Below are positions 21,439 to 33,000 of a stretch of 64,000 bases of DNA, in pieces. Made by a program: the position numbers and the translations under genes. The DNA lies in the NCBI GenBank assembly GCA_963796105.1, contig CAWCKJ010000002.1, forward strand, positions 288,001-352,000, in the 5' to 3' direction. Below the pieces are notes generated by a model. The model saw nothing but the letters and a program-made list of their open reading frames with translations, was not told the DNA's origin and did no database searches. The stretch comes from a candidate division FCPU426 bacterium (GTDB lineage Bacteria; Oederibacteriota; Muellerivitia; Muellerivitales; Muellerivitaceae). The number at the start of each line of letters is the position of its first letter. Position 1 is the stretch's first letter.

Positions 21439-22110
21439 ATGAGCTTGAGGTGGCCTTTGATCGAGGAAGTAAAACCCGTCATTCAATCGCGCTGGAACGC
21501 GGCCAATCTGGTGACTTTATCCCGGATATTGGTAACACCGATATTTCTCCTCCTAATCTTCCGGGACGAGCTATGGGCTAAGTGGATCGCAGGGATTTTG
21601 TTCGCGTGGGGAGGAATCAGCGATTATCTGGATGGATATCTTGCGAGAAAATATCAGTTGAAAACCGTATTCGGCACCCTTTTAGATCCCCTAGCGGATA
21701 AAATTCTTTTTATTTCGGTAATGTTGGCTTTTGTCCAGCTCCAGCTAGTCCCTGCCTGGATGGTGGTGATAATCGCCGGGCGGGAATTTTTAATCACAGG
21801 TTTGCGCCAATACGCCCAAAGCCTGAATGTCGTCATCGCGGCTAGCCGGGGCGGAAAGCATAAAACTGTTTCCCAAATCGTGGCAATCTCGGTGATCCTG
21901 GCGATTATCTGTGTCCGGGCTACCGTGGAGAAATACCAGGGAAATTGGGACCTGGTAGTGGCGAAATTAGGCGCGCCGGGCGAATGGCTTAACACCGTGG
22001 TTTGGTTCGGGCCCTATTGGCTTATGTTTTACGCCACCGTCATGTCAATCATCTCTGGTGTGGACTATTGTGTCAGGAATTGGGATATCATCAGCGGGAA
22101 AAACAGATGA
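21439..22110 (+). CDS. pgsA: CDP-diacylglycerol-glycerol-3-phosphate 3-phosphatidyltransferase
   Basis: SDYLDGYLAR..FGTLLDPLADK CDP-alcohol phosphotransferase motif; context after rimO. Confidence 0.93.
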   Translation: MSLRWPLIEEVKPVIQSRWNAANLVTLSRILVTPIFLLLIFRDELWAKWIAGILFAWGGISDYLDGYLARKYQLKTVFGTLLDPLADKILFISVMLAFVQLQLVPAWMVVIIAGREFLITGLRQYAQSLNVVIAASRGGKHKTVSQIVAISVILAIICVRATVEKYQGNWDLVVAKLGAPGEWLNTVVWFGPYWLMFYATVMSIISGVDYCVRNWDIISGKNR

Positions 22111-22565
22111 AAAAAATCAACTTTTTAATCGCGACATTTTTCGGCATCGGGAAAATTCCTGGCGCTCCGGGAACCTGGGCTTCCATCACAACAGCATTTC
22201 TTTTTTACCCCCTGGTGATACAGCCGTATCTTTTGGGCGGATTACTGACGGTTATCTTTTTTTTAGGTGTTTATTCCTCTGGCCGATTGGAAAAAGAAAT
22301 GATCGAAAAGGATCCTTCATGTGCCGTGATAGATGAGGTTTTGGGTATGGGGGTGGCCATGCTTGGAATCAGGACGGACTGGCAGTTTACAGCCATGGCT
22401 TTAATCCTTTTTAGACTTTTCGATATCTGGAAGCCAATTCCCATCCGCAGACTTGAGAAACTTCCAGGTGGCTGGGGAATTATGTGCGATGACCTTTTAG
22501 CTGGCATCTATGCCAATGTTTGGATACAAATCGGGGCATTCCTGGTTAAGAACATTATGGCCTGA
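22107..22565 (+). CDS. pgpA: Phosphatidylglycerophosphatase A
   Basis: APGTWAS, DPSCAVIDEVLG, FRLFDIWKP, GIMCDDLLAG; ATGA overlap with pgsA. Confidence 0.93.
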   Translation: MKKINFLIATFFGIGKIPGAPGTWASITTAFLFYPLVIQPYLLGGLLTVIFFLGVYSSGRLEKEMIEKDPSCAVIDEVLGMGVAMLGIRTDWQFTAMALILFRLFDIWKPIPIRRLEKLPGGWGIMCDDLLAGIYANVWIQIGAFLVKNIMA

Positions 22566-22579
22566 GAGAGGGTATCACT

Positions 22580-23839
22580 TTGAACGCGGAAATTATTGCC
22601 ATCGGAACTGAGCTTATTCTGGGCCAGTCTGTCGACACGAATTCATCATGGATTGCCTGTGAAATGGCATTAATGGGGGTCGATGTCTACGCCTTTCAGG
22701 CTGTGGGCGACAACGAGAGAAGGGTCGAGGCGGCCATCAAGGCGGCCTGCGAAAGAAGCCAGTTGGTGGTCACAACCGGGGGCCTGGGACCTACGGTGGA
22801 TGACGTTACCCGCAAGGCAGCCGCCAAAGCGGCCCAGAAACAACTGGTTTTTCACGAGGAAATCGCAAAAAAAATCGAAGAGCGTTTTTCCAGATTTCAG
22901 CCAGGCCGGACGTTTCCGAAAGTGAATGTCAATCAGGCTTTTTTCCCTCAAGGCGCCAGTATCATCCCCAACCCGAACGGGACAGCCCCGGGCTTCATCG
23001 TGAAATTGGGGAAAACCCAGGTTGTCTGCCTTCCGGGCGTCCCACAGGAAATGAAGAGCATGTTCGAGGCCTCGGTAAAACCAGTGATCAAATCCCTGAT
23101 ACCATCCGGTCCAATCATCAAATCTCGGGTTTACCGGACCACGGGATTGTCCGAGTCGCTCTTGAACGAGAAGATCGTGGACCTTTTCGAGAAATCCACC
23201 AATCCCACTGTGGGAGTCCTAGCCCACCCGGAGGGGGTGGATATCCGGCTCACCGCCAAGGCCGGCACGGAGCAAGAGGCGGACGCCCTTATCGATGCCT
23301 TGGGAAAAACCTTTACATCCAGGCTGCCCAACAACCTCTACGGGTGGGATAAGGACAGCCTGGAATCCATCGTGGGTCAAATGCTCACAACGAGGAATCT
23401 GTCCCTGGCCATAGCGGAATCCTGTACAGGCGGCCTCATAGCCCACAGGATTACTCTAGTTCCGGGCAGCTCCAATTATTTCAAGGCGGGTTTCGTGGTT
23501 TATAGCAATGAGGCTAAAACGGAGGTTCTGTCGGTAGAAGGGACTTTGATCCGTCAAAAGGGAGCTGTGAGCCTGGATGTGGCCAAGGCCTTGGCTGAGG
23601 GCGCGCGAAAAAAAGGAAAGGCCGATATAGGGCTTTCCACGACTGGTATCGCGGGTCCCTCCGGAGGAACCCAGGATAAACCGGTTGGATTGGTTTTTGT
23701 GGGAATCGCCGACGACCAGGCTAGCCAGGCTTTTGAGTTCCGGTTTCCTGGAAATCGCGAAACTATCAAGAAACGGGCTAGTCAAGCGGCTTTAGAGATC
23801 CTGCGCCGCCGTTGCCTTCAAATGGCCCTGACGGATTGA
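22580..23839 (+). CDS. cinA: Competence/damage-inducible protein CinA (MoCo-like domain plus NMN deamidase)
   Basis: AEIIAIGTEL, TGGLGPTVDDVT, AESCTGG, TTGIAGPSGG. Confidence 0.95.
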   Translation: MNAEIIAIGTELILGQSVDTNSSWIACEMALMGVDVYAFQAVGDNERRVEAAIKAACERSQLVVTTGGLGPTVDDVTRKAAAKAAQKQLVFHEEIAKKIEERFSRFQPGRTFPKVNVNQAFFPQGASIIPNPNGTAPGFIVKLGKTQVVCLPGVPQEMKSMFEASVKPVIKSLIPSGPIIKSRVYRTTGLSESLLNEKIVDLFEKSTNPTVGVLAHPEGVDIRLTAKAGTEQEADALIDALGKTFTSRLPNNLYGWDKDSLESIVGQMLTTRNLSLAIAESCTGGLIAHRITLVPGSSNYFKAGFVVYSNEAKTEVLSVEGTLIRQKGAVSLDVAKALAEGARKKGKADIGLSTTGIAGPSGGTQDKPVGLVFVGIADDQASQAFEFRFPGNRETIKKRASQAALEILRRRCLQMALTD

Positions 23840-23845
23840 GATAAA

Positions 23846-24418
23846 TTGAGATCGTTCCGGCTTTTCACGGCCGTCTCATTGAACGAGGTTTTGAGAAACC
23901 GCATCGGTGATATCTTGCAAAACGGCGCTAGGTTGAAAGCCCCAGTCAAATGGGTGGAACCCCACCAACTGCACCTGACCCTTTTTTTCCTGGGGAGCCA
24001 GCCCGAAGACCGACTGCCACCGATCATGGGTTCGTTGGTCCAAGCCGCCGAAAAGATTAAACCATTCACCCTGAAGCTGGGGGGAATTGGGGTCTTCCCC
24101 TCGATGGAAAGGCCGAAAGTGGTATTCATCCCGGCGTTGGTGGGAAAGAAAGCCCTGGGTCTCCTGGTTTCGAGCAACTCCGAGGTTTTGACCCCGTTAG
24201 GCTTACAGCAGGAGGAACGGGAATTTCACGCCCACGTGACTTTAGGCCGCGTGAAGGAACCCAAGGGGATGGGGAATGTCCTGAAATGTCTGAAGGAGGG
24301 CTTCCCGCCGTATCTGGGCGAAATGACCGTGGATCATTTTTCCCTTTTTGAGAGCAGGTTGACAACGAAAGGCCCTTTTTACAGCGAACTAAGAAAATAC
24401 CCTTTAGCGAAAGGATAA
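23846..24418 (+). CDS. thpR: RNA 2',3'-cyclic phosphodiesterase (2H family)
   Basis: HLTL and HVTL 2H motifs; follows cinA. Confidence 0.9.
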   Translation: MRSFRLFTAVSLNEVLRNRIGDILQNGARLKAPVKWVEPHQLHLTLFFLGSQPEDRLPPIMGSLVQAAEKIKPFTLKLGGIGVFPSMERPKVVFIPALVGKKALGLLVSSNSEVLTPLGLQQEEREFHAHVTLGRVKEPKGMGNVLKCLKEGFPPYLGEMTVDHFSLFESRLTTKGPFYSELRKYPLAKG

Positions 24419-24421
24419 CTT

Positions 24422-24910
24422 ATGGAACAGGGGAAAGCGGAAGGACTTGATCCTGAAATGAACGAAAAGGAACTAGCAGAACAGTTGAAGGCCTACCAAC
24501 AAGCACAGATGAACTTCCTTCAACAGGAGTTCCAGTGGCTTATCCAGTTCGTCGCGAGTTATTTCCCTGGAGACCAATTGGCCATGGAGGACGCGGGTCC
24601 TGATGTGCATTTTATACATAAGGTGGTGGTGGAGGATAAGAATCTCGGAGCCTTGGTTTACCGCTTCCGGAAGATCATGGACAAAAAAGGATATTTTGCC
24701 GAAGTGGAGGCGGCCTACCGCGAGGAAATGGAGGTGCCGGAGGTCCTGTTTGTGGACACGGAAACCCAGAAATTCACTGCTCCGGAGACCCTGGAAACGG
24801 ATGGGAATTATGTGGAAATCCCGCCAGAGAAATTAACTGGAAAAATCCGGGAATTGCGGGAAGAAATTAAAAAAAGATTCAATGTCAAGCAACTGAGGGA
24901 GAGCGTTTAG
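24422..24910 (+). CDS. Hypothetical protein
   Basis: Tightly packed in the operon with a plausible RBS; no recognised motif. Confidence 0.7.
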   Translation: MEQGKAEGLDPEMNEKELAEQLKAYQQAQMNFLQQEFQWLIQFVASYFPGDQLAMEDAGPDVHFIHKVVVEDKNLGALVYRFRKIMDKKGYFAEVEAAYREEMEVPEVLFVDTETQKFTAPETLETDGNYVEIPPEKLTGKIRELREEIKKRFNVKQLRESV

Positions 24911-26056
24911 ATGGGAAAGCGAAGGAATTCCGATCCGAACTCCCTCATGATTTATGCGGACAGCGAGAGGGACTCGAATCTTTATTACGCCGTAAAATTT
25001 GTGGCGCCGGATCCCTTCCCTTTTTTCCTAATCCGCGGCAGGAAAATCATCCTGATGAGTGACCTGGAATTGGGAAGGGCCCAAAAGCAGGCGGAAGTGG
25101 ATGAGGTCCTTTCCTATTCAAAAATCCAATTGAAAGTCCAACGATCTTATGGCTCTAAAGCCTCATTGGCGGATGTGGCTGTTTTTTTCTTAAAAAGCCG
25201 TAACGTGAGAAAGGTCAACGTTCCGGCGAATTTTCCACTGGCCCTGGCTGATTCATTAAGGAAAAGAGGGTTGAGAGTTTCCGCAAAACAGGAACCTTTT
25301 TTCTCTGAGCGGGTTTACAAGTCCCAGGCTGAAGTCCGAATGATCACACGATCCCTCCGATGCACCGAAAAAGCGATTCGCAAGGCTGAGGACTTGCTTC
25401 AGAGGTCCAGAATTATAGGTAAGCGGGTTTATTTCCGGGGAACCTTGGTGACTTCGGAACTCATCAAAAGGGTGATTAATGTCTCCTTGATGGAGGATAA
25501 CTGCATCGGGAGCCATACGATCGTGGCAAGCGGTAGCCAGGGCTGTGATCCTCACCAGGAGGGGCACGGGCCGGTTTGGGCCCATCAATCCCTGGTGGTG
25601 GATGTCTTTCCCAGATCGGGGGATACCTTATATTACGCGGACATCACCCGGACCTTCGTGAAGGGAAAGGCCTCGCCGGCATTGAAAGCCCAGTACGTGG
25701 CGGTCAGGGAGGCGCAGGTAAAGGGGATCAATATGGCACGCCCCGGTGTTAATGGAAGGGAAATTCACGAAGCCATCCAATTGGAAATGAAAAACAGAGG
25801 ATACAAAACTGAAAAGAGAAATGGGGTCGTGGTCGGATTTTTCCACGGTACCGGGCATGGACTTGGTCTGGATGTACATGAAGCTCCCCGCGTGAACAGT
25901 GCCGATCACATCTTGAAAAAAGGCGAGGTGGTTACGATCGAACCGGGGCTCTATTACCCTGAGGTGGGTGCGGTGAGGATTGAGGATCTTTTGGTCATCA
26001 CAGATGAAGGGCACCAAAACCTGACAATTTATCCCAAGAAAATGGAAATCAGATGA
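24911..26056 (+). CDS. Xaa-Pro aminopeptidase (M24)
   Basis: YYADITRT, FHGTGHGLGLDVHE, TIEPGLY, VRIED. Confidence 0.93.
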   Translation: MGKRRNSDPNSLMIYADSERDSNLYYAVKFVAPDPFPFFLIRGRKIILMSDLELGRAQKQAEVDEVLSYSKIQLKVQRSYGSKASLADVAVFFLKSRNVRKVNVPANFPLALADSLRKRGLRVSAKQEPFFSERVYKSQAEVRMITRSLRCTEKAIRKAEDLLQRSRIIGKRVYFRGTLVTSELIKRVINVSLMEDNCIGSHTIVASGSQGCDPHQEGHGPVWAHQSLVVDVFPRSGDTLYYADITRTFVKGKASPALKAQYVAVREAQVKGINMARPGVNGREIHEAIQLEMKNRGYKTEKRNGVVVGFFHGTGHGLGLDVHEAPRVNSADHILKKGEVVTIEPGLYYPEVGAVRIEDLLVITDEGHQNLTIYPKKMEIR

Positions 26057-26838
26057 AACCCGCTTTTGCGGGGGAACTAGCAAGAAACGCGTTCTATTTC
26101 CTTACGAGTTGTTTTTTTATTTCTTTTTCAGTTTGGGCTCAGAATCCATCTTCACCCGTACGAGGAGCCGTGATAACTCCTACTCGGACATCAACCCCTT
26201 CTGATACGCCCACTCCAGCTCCTCTATATTCGGACTACTCCAGTGCTTATAACGCGGGTGCCCAGGCCGCCAATGAGAATAGATGGAAAGACTCCCTAAT
26301 TGCTTTTCAAACCGCTTTAAATTACGCCACCTCTTTCCAAACCCGCAGCGACTGCAGAAAGGGACTGGAAGAGGCGAAAGCGCAATTGAAAAATGCGCTT
26401 CCGACCCCAACTCCGATAGCGGCAATTGCCTTCACTCCAACGCCAGCCGGGAAGGTCGAATTATCACCTTTGACGGGTTTGCGTCTAGGTGTTTATTACT
26501 ACAAGCTCCACGACTTGAAAATGGCACTGTCAGAAGTAATGAAAGCCAAACCGAAAAGTTTAAGTCAAAAGACCTGCAGATATTTCATCCTTTATCGGAT
26601 CTATGTGAAAAAAGCTATGGAAACAGTGAAACAACAAAATGTCTGCCAAAGGGCCAAGGACAAAGCTTTGCGTTACAAAACTGAATGCCAGGAATTGATT
26701 TCAAGGGAAGGAAACAAACGGGCGTCTGAGAACAGTCACATCAAATCCTTACAGAAAAGCATAGATCCCATTAAGGAATTTCTGGATTGCTGCGATGAGG
26801 GCAAAGGGAATTGTGGGGACATTCCCGAGGACATTTGA
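26053..26838 (+). CDS. Secreted hypothetical protein with PT linkers and TPR-like helices
   Basis: Signal peptide, TPT-rich segments, several Cys. Confidence 0.6.
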   Translation: MKPAFAGELARNAFYFLTSCFFISFSVWAQNPSSPVRGAVITPTRTSTPSDTPTPAPLYSDYSSAYNAGAQAANENRWKDSLIAFQTALNYATSFQTRSDCRKGLEEAKAQLKNALPTPTPIAAIAFTPTPAGKVELSPLTGLRLGVYYYKLHDLKMALSEVMKAKPKSLSQKTCRYFILYRIYVKKAMETVKQQNVCQRAKDKALRYKTECQELISREGNKRASENSHIKSLQKSIDPIKEFLDCCDEGKGNCGDIPEDI

Positions 26839-27105
26839 TTGAAAAGGTATAAACGAATATTTTATGAGGGGAAGCAAATAATATATGAAACAAAAGATGT
26901 TTTGATTTTACGAGAACTGGGGTTTGCGTTGATTTGTGATGGGAAAGGCAGGACTCGGAATGAATTAAGCGAACATTCGGGAATGACGGGTAATTTCATA
27001 GGTTTCGTGGAGCGGGGCGAGAGAAGTATTGCCTTAAAGAATATCGTCAATATCCATAAGGCTTTGGGTTGCCAGAATAAAAAAACTTTGAGGGAATTTG
27101 ATTAA
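26839..27105 (+). CDS. XRE-family HTH protein, possibly degenerate
   Basis: TRNELSEHSGMTGNFIGFVERGERSIALKNIVNIHKALG; TTG start without a clear RBS. Confidence 0.55.
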   Translation: MKRYKRIFYEGKQIIYETKDVLILRELGFALICDGKGRTRNELSEHSGMTGNFIGFVERGERSIALKNIVNIHKALGCQNKKTLREFD

Positions 27106-27179
27106 TTTTCTATCCGGAGAAAAAGGACAGTCTAACTGAAACTGTTATTTTTACCGCGAGGCAACGAGAAAACCTTAAA

Positions 27180-27695
27180 TTAAACCTCAGCCTTGCTTGA
27201 TAGTCCCGGAGTATCCTGAATCGAGAAGGTCAAAATTCCGCAAAGTCGTTCCTTCTCCTTTTCGTCAACCAAGCGGTCCATTTCAGGATATAAAATCCTG
27301 TTTTCCCGTGTTGAATGTTGTTGCATGAATTTCTTGAACTGTGCCTCATCGTCGAACAGGGAAATAACTTCTTTCCAATTGATATCGATCGCACTTAACC
27401 GGGAAGATCTCAGGGTGATTCGATTGAACCACTCCCTGATTTTCTTATGGTCCGTGGAAAAATCCTCAGTGTCACCGCCCGGTATATCGGCGGCTCTTTG
27501 CCTGAATAGCGGAAGAAGGAACTCATCTTCTTGCTTCATATGGTTCATCAAGGCTTTTCCTAATTGGTTTAACAATTTGATGGCTTGATTGAACTCGCCT
27601 TTGAGGAGTGATATCTGATGTTTTTCAAACAACTCTTTCATCTCAAGGTGGATTTGATTCAAGACTTGAAGATTTTTGCCCTTGATTTTTGCCAT
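27180..27695 (-). CDS. Hemerythrin (HHE) domain protein
   Basis: H..., HMKQED, DHKKI, HSTRENRILYP. Confidence 0.8.
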   Translation of the reverse strand: MAKIKGKNLQVLNQIHLEMKELFEKHQISLLKGEFNQAIKLLNQLGKALMNHMKQEDEFLLPLFRQRAADIPGGDTEDFSTDHKKIREWFNRITLRSSRLSAIDINWKEVISLFDDEAQFKKFMQQHSTRENRILYPEMDRLVDEKEKERLCGILTFSIQDTPGLSSKAEV

Positions 27696-28118
27696 ATTGA
27701 ATCCTTGGGTTCAAATATTATCAGGAAAAGAACTTTAAAAGAAGAATTCATTGTATTCTTTCAGCCCATAACTTAGTTGTTCCGGATTATAACTGGATTA
27801 ATTTATATACTCCATATGACTTGTTCGAATTCAATAAAATCCTTTAAAAATCATAAAATCAGTTACCTATGGTTACCGATGGTAATGATCTGTTCTTAAT
27901 ATCGTTTGATCATTTCATTGACTGGGAGCCTGGAAACAATTTGCTTTTGTACGCTCATTTCTTCCAAGAGGTTGATTCGTATTCGATATATTTTTGCCTT
28001 TCCTGGCCGTCGTTGCTTTTTGTGCTTGATGTTTTAACTCATGTAAACAAGGGTATCTGCAATCGATCTTTTTTTGACCAAGTGGTGGAATAGATTTATT
28101 TAGGTTTATAATCCAGGC

Positions 28119-29819
28119 ATGTTTACTACCCCAAACCCCCTTCTTAAGTGGTTCCTGCTTTTCTCGGTCGCTTTCAGCCTTCAAATCATACCCCGCTGGT
28201 GGAGTGATTCCGTCGTCATGGACGAGGAATGGAACCTCACTGCGTCTTATTACTATTTGAAAAAGGGCGATGTCATGACAAGTTGCGGAACCACGTTACC
28301 GGGTGCTCTTTGCGCGGCACCTCTGCTTTTCATGGACTTGAAAATGGATCCCAGGACCGGAATTGATTGGCGTAACCGTTCCCTCAGTCTTCTATTTATG
28401 AATAACCCGGGCAAACTGGAAAACATTACAACCTGGAGCCGATTTGTTTCACTCCTCCTTGGCTTGGGGATTGGGTATTTCCTTTATCGAGCTGTTCGGG
28501 ATGGCCCGATGTCACTCGGCCTCTCGGCCCTCGCCCTCTGGGCGTTTGAACCGACCCTGCTGGCCTTCAGTGGTACAGCCAAAACGGATATCTCCGTGGT
28601 ATTCTGGTTCTTCCTTTGTCTCCTTTATTACAAGCAAGTCCAAACCCATGAAAGATATTTTCATTTCGCCCTATTGGGTTTCCTGGCGGGGCTGACGTCC
28701 GCGACTCGATACAATGGTCTCTTTATTCTCCCCGTGCTTTTTACTCTGGAAATATTTAGTTTGCTAGATCAGGGATTAAGTTTTAAAAATTTTACAAAGC
28801 GGATTATCTTATGGGCCTTTACGGTGACTGGGTTTGCCGCTTGTATCTTGATAGCCTATTTTCCAGGAATATTTTTCTCGGTCAAACATCACTGGCCGAC
28901 CTCGATATTTTTTCTAAACATGGCCGCATATGTCACCCAGCGCAAAGCCATCGCGGATCAACTCGTATTTTTTGCAAATCATTATTGGCAAAACGGATCC
29001 TATCTTTGCTTTCCATACCATTTCTTTTATAAAAACACCCTTCCTTTTATTTTCCTGCTGGCTGCGGGCGGTATGCTGGCTTTTGCGAGAAAGGGAATTT
29101 TACCCAGATGGATCTGGGTTCCCCCTTTGGTTTACCTGGGACTGTTTTGGCTGATGGATAAATCCATGGACATCCGGCATGCATTGCCGGCGTATCCGTT
29201 TCTCATTCTTATCGCGGCCCAAGCGTTCCATTGGTTATGGTGTAAATGCCAGGCGTCCGTCTGGTGCTTTATTAGGTTCCTGCCGCTCATCCTTCTTCTT
29301 TGGCACGGAATCAGCGTACTTCACGCGTTTCCGCACCATATCGCTTATGCAAACGATTTGATGAAAAACACCAAAAAGCCCGGCTGCTTGTACTCGTTCA
29401 ATTGGAACCTGGGGCAGGACATGAAACGCTTGGCCGAGACGGCCAAAGAACGTGGCTGGCGAAGAGTGAAACTCATTACGGAACAAAGGACAGATCCCTA
29501 TTTTTACGGTTTATCCTGGGAACCCTGGACTGAGCAGGATTTTATCAAGCCCGAATTGGGAACGGTCTATGTTGTGGATCCTTCCATCTTTTTTGACCAT
29601 CAGTACTACGGAAATTTATACACGAATCCAAACGGGTGGTTGAGATATGCGCATTCTTCCGGGAATATCGGAGGTACCTTGTATTATTACGAAATTCCAG
29701 GCACTTGGGATCCCGCGCAAAAAGTCGATTCCCCTATGGTTAATTCTTTCATCTATTACGCCGATGGAATCCCCCCTTACAAACGCACCACTCCGCCCGA
29801 CACTTGGACCGCTCCATAA
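28119..29819 (+). CDS. GT-C fold glycosyltransferase (family 39 / ArnT-like)
   Basis: DSVVMDE, multi-TM, AKTD, RHALPAYPF, NWNLGQDMKRL. Confidence 0.8.
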   Translation: MFTTPNPLLKWFLLFSVAFSLQIIPRWWSDSVVMDEEWNLTASYYYLKKGDVMTSCGTTLPGALCAAPLLFMDLKMDPRTGIDWRNRSLSLLFMNNPGKLENITTWSRFVSLLLGLGIGYFLYRAVRDGPMSLGLSALALWAFEPTLLAFSGTAKTDISVVFWFFLCLLYYKQVQTHERYFHFALLGFLAGLTSATRYNGLFILPVLFTLEIFSLLDQGLSFKNFTKRIILWAFTVTGFAACILIAYFPGIFFSVKHHWPTSIFFLNMAAYVTQRKAIADQLVFFANHYWQNGSYLCFPYHFFYKNTLPFIFLLAAGGMLAFARKGILPRWIWVPPLVYLGLFWLMDKSMDIRHALPAYPFLILIAAQAFHWLWCKCQASVWCFIRFLPLILLLWHGISVLHAFPHHIAYANDLMKNTKKPGCLYSFNWNLGQDMKRLAETAKERGWRRVKLITEQRTDPYFYGLSWEPWTEQDFIKPELGTVYVVDPSIFFDHQYYGNLYTNPNGWLRYAHSSGNIGGTLYYYEIPGTWDPAQKVDSPMVNSFIYYADGIPPYKRTTPPDTWTAP

Positions 29820-30010
29820 ATTAAATAAAAGAAATGGACTATGGCGATAAGTCTAATTGGGATTATCCAAACCTATAAAGACCCCAGAATCCCCTTATTT
29901 AAAGCCATTTGACTAGGCATTACTTAGACCTGTTTTTTTGAATTGTGGATAAAATACATTGTAATGAGGTTTTGTGGATTCCCATGCATGACGTTAAAGA
30001 ATGAGGTTTT

Positions 30011-33000
30011 GTGATATTCTTTAAAAGCGATTTAAAAAGAAACTTACTTGGTTTAATGGGTTTCATCTTGGCGCTAACCTCACAGACGGCCACGGCGGCG
30101 TCAATCCTGGGGCACATTAAGATCGACAACTTCGGCTACCGCACCGCCGACCAGAAGATCGCTTATTTCACCGCCAACCCCGGCGCGAGCGTTGGGGTCT
30201 ACAACGCCGCGACCAGCACCCTGGCTTACACCACCACGACAATCACCAGCAAAGGCACCGACCCGACCAGTCCGCAAATTTCAGGCGACACCTTATGGTG
30301 GGTTGATTTTTCCGCCTTTACCACGGCGGGCCAGTACTATTTGTACTCTTCCACCTTGACCGAACAGTCCTATAACTTCACGATCTTGGATTCCGTCTAC
30401 CAGGCGCCCATGTCGTCCACCCTCAAGGCAATCTATTACCAAAGGTGCGGGTGCACCCACCCCGCAGCTTACGCCGGGACCAACTGGTCCGACGCAGCCA
30501 CCTGCCATGCCTCGGACGCGACCTGCGCACCGGCGTCCGGATGCACCTTCCCTAACGCCTACGGCACCCTGAACCTCATGGGTGGCTGGCACGACGCGGG
30601 GGATTACAACAAGTACATCGGCTCCACACCATCCGGGGCCTGCGCCAACTGGGGAGGGGACAGCGGGGAAGCCCTTTGGGATTTCCTTACGGCTTACGAG
30701 TGGAATCCCACCCTTTTCGCAAGTATCACCAGCAATATCCCCGAGTCGGGCAACGGCATTCCCGACATCCTCAACGAGGCTAAGTGGGAATTGGACTGGT
30801 ACCTGAAGATGCAGATGACAGATAACCATATCCTTTCCGTCGTCCACGCGCCGGGGGGCGGCGGCTCCTCCCCCCCCAGCGCGGATACCACCGCGCGCAA
30901 TTACTATCCCCCCAACCCCGCGGGGGAGGCCCAGTTCGTCGCCATTATGTCCCACGCCGCCCGGGTGATGTCCGGGGTCTCGGGATTGGCCAGCTACGCC
31001 ACGACGCTCCGCACCGCGGCCGAAAAAACCTGGAACAGCTTCGTGGCCACGGCCGCCGCGAGCGACCAGCGGTTCTGGGCCGCCGCCGAGATCTTCCGCA
31101 TGGAGGAGGCCCTGGGCGGACCGGCCTCCATCACCAGCGCGGCGCAATCCATCGTGGACAACTACAAGGCCTGGAACGGGTTTTGGCTCAACGAGGATTT
31201 GTTCCAGCAGAACTGGGGCATGTTGACCTACATGCAGGCCGCCAACGCCACGGCTTCGGTCGTCACCTACATGAAGGCGGATTGGGGCACCTTAATCAAC
31301 GATCTTTTCGGCCAGAACGATTATTACAACTCGGGCATGCATAGTTACGACTATTTCTGGGGGGCCGACGAGGTGAAGATGAACTATGGCATGCAACTGG
31401 TGTGGGCTACCAAACTGGGGGGAACTGCGATGGGTACCTACACCAGCGCCCAGTGCATCCAGCACGCCGAGGACTTCCTACATTACATGAACGGAAGCAA
31501 CCCGATTAACATGACCCTCATGACCAATGCGGCGGCGATTGGGGCCTCCCACGGGGTTTGGCGCATTTACCACCAGTGGTTTGGAAATTACAGCGTCACT
31601 TCTTCCTATAATAATTTCATCGGTAAACCAGCCTCGGTTGTCGATCCCCTTTACCCTTATTACACGGGGACGGACAATTTCGGCATCAGCGACAGCGGCC
31701 CCTCCAGCTTCGGCCCGCCGCCGGGAATCGTTCCGGACGGGCCCAGCCATGGGTACGCCGCCGACAATGGAACAGCCCAACCGCCCATGTTGGCCGGTAA
31801 CGCGGAACCCCCCTATGAAAAGGAATACCGGGATTGGGATTGGGTGGATCCTAACGGTAACCAAAGCGTGCCCTGGGTCGTGAATGAAACGGGCCTTTAC
31901 TACACCGGTTCCTACATGACTTTGGCCTCGTTCTTTGTCACCTCCACGAGTTCCACGCCGACCTCTACGCCAACCTTGACGAAGACATCAAGCCCAACTT
32001 TTACAAACAGCCCTACCCTGACTAGGACCCTTACATCCACTTTGACTCCGAGTAATACATCAACCCGAACGGCGACCCCTACTCCAACGATTACATCGAC
32101 TAGGACCCCGACCCCTACTTACACAAACACCCTTTCGCCCACTCTAACGTCAACTGTTACTCCAACTAAGACTTCGACTCTAACGCCAACAAATACTCCT
32201 ACGTCTACCCCGACTCAGACGAGCACTTCAACACCCACTCAAACGAGAACCTCGACACCAACTACTACCAATACCCCATCGCCGACCCCAACCCCAACAG
32301 CCACCTCAACGGTTACGTCAACACCTACTCCAACTAGGACTTCGACTCTAACGCCAACAAATACTCCTACGTCTACCCCGACTCAGACGAGAACTTCAAC
32401 ACCCACTCAAACGAGAACCTCGACACCAACCACTACCAATACCCCATCGCCGACCCCAACCCCAACAGTCATCTCGACGGCAACATCAACGCCTACCCCG
32501 ACTAGGACAGTGACCTCGACACCCACCAATACACCTTCACCGACACCGACCCCAACCGCCACCTTGACGGCAACATCAACACCTTCCCCGACTAAAACAT
32601 TGACCTCGACATCTACCAATACCGCTACCTCCACTCCGACCCTGACCAATACTCCGACACCCACGCCGACGAGAACCCCGACACCCACTTCCACCAATAC
32701 ACCTTCACCGACCCCAACCTCCACCTTGACAGCAACATCAACGCCTACCCCGACTAGGACAATGACCTCGACACCAACTACTACCAATACCCCATCGCCG
32801 ACCCCAACCCCAACAGCCACCTCAACGGTAACGTCAACACCTACTCCAACTAGGACTTCGACTCTAACGCCAACAAATACTCCTACCTCTACCCCGACTC
32901 AGACGAGCACTTCAACACCCACTCAAACGAGAACCTCGACACCAACCACTACCAATACACCTTCACCGACCCCAAGCGCCACCTCAACGGCAACATCAAC

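Noticed and set aside
29945..29953. DnaA box TGTGGATAA
   Set aside because: Single copy with no box cluster or dnaA context, so no evidence of an origin.
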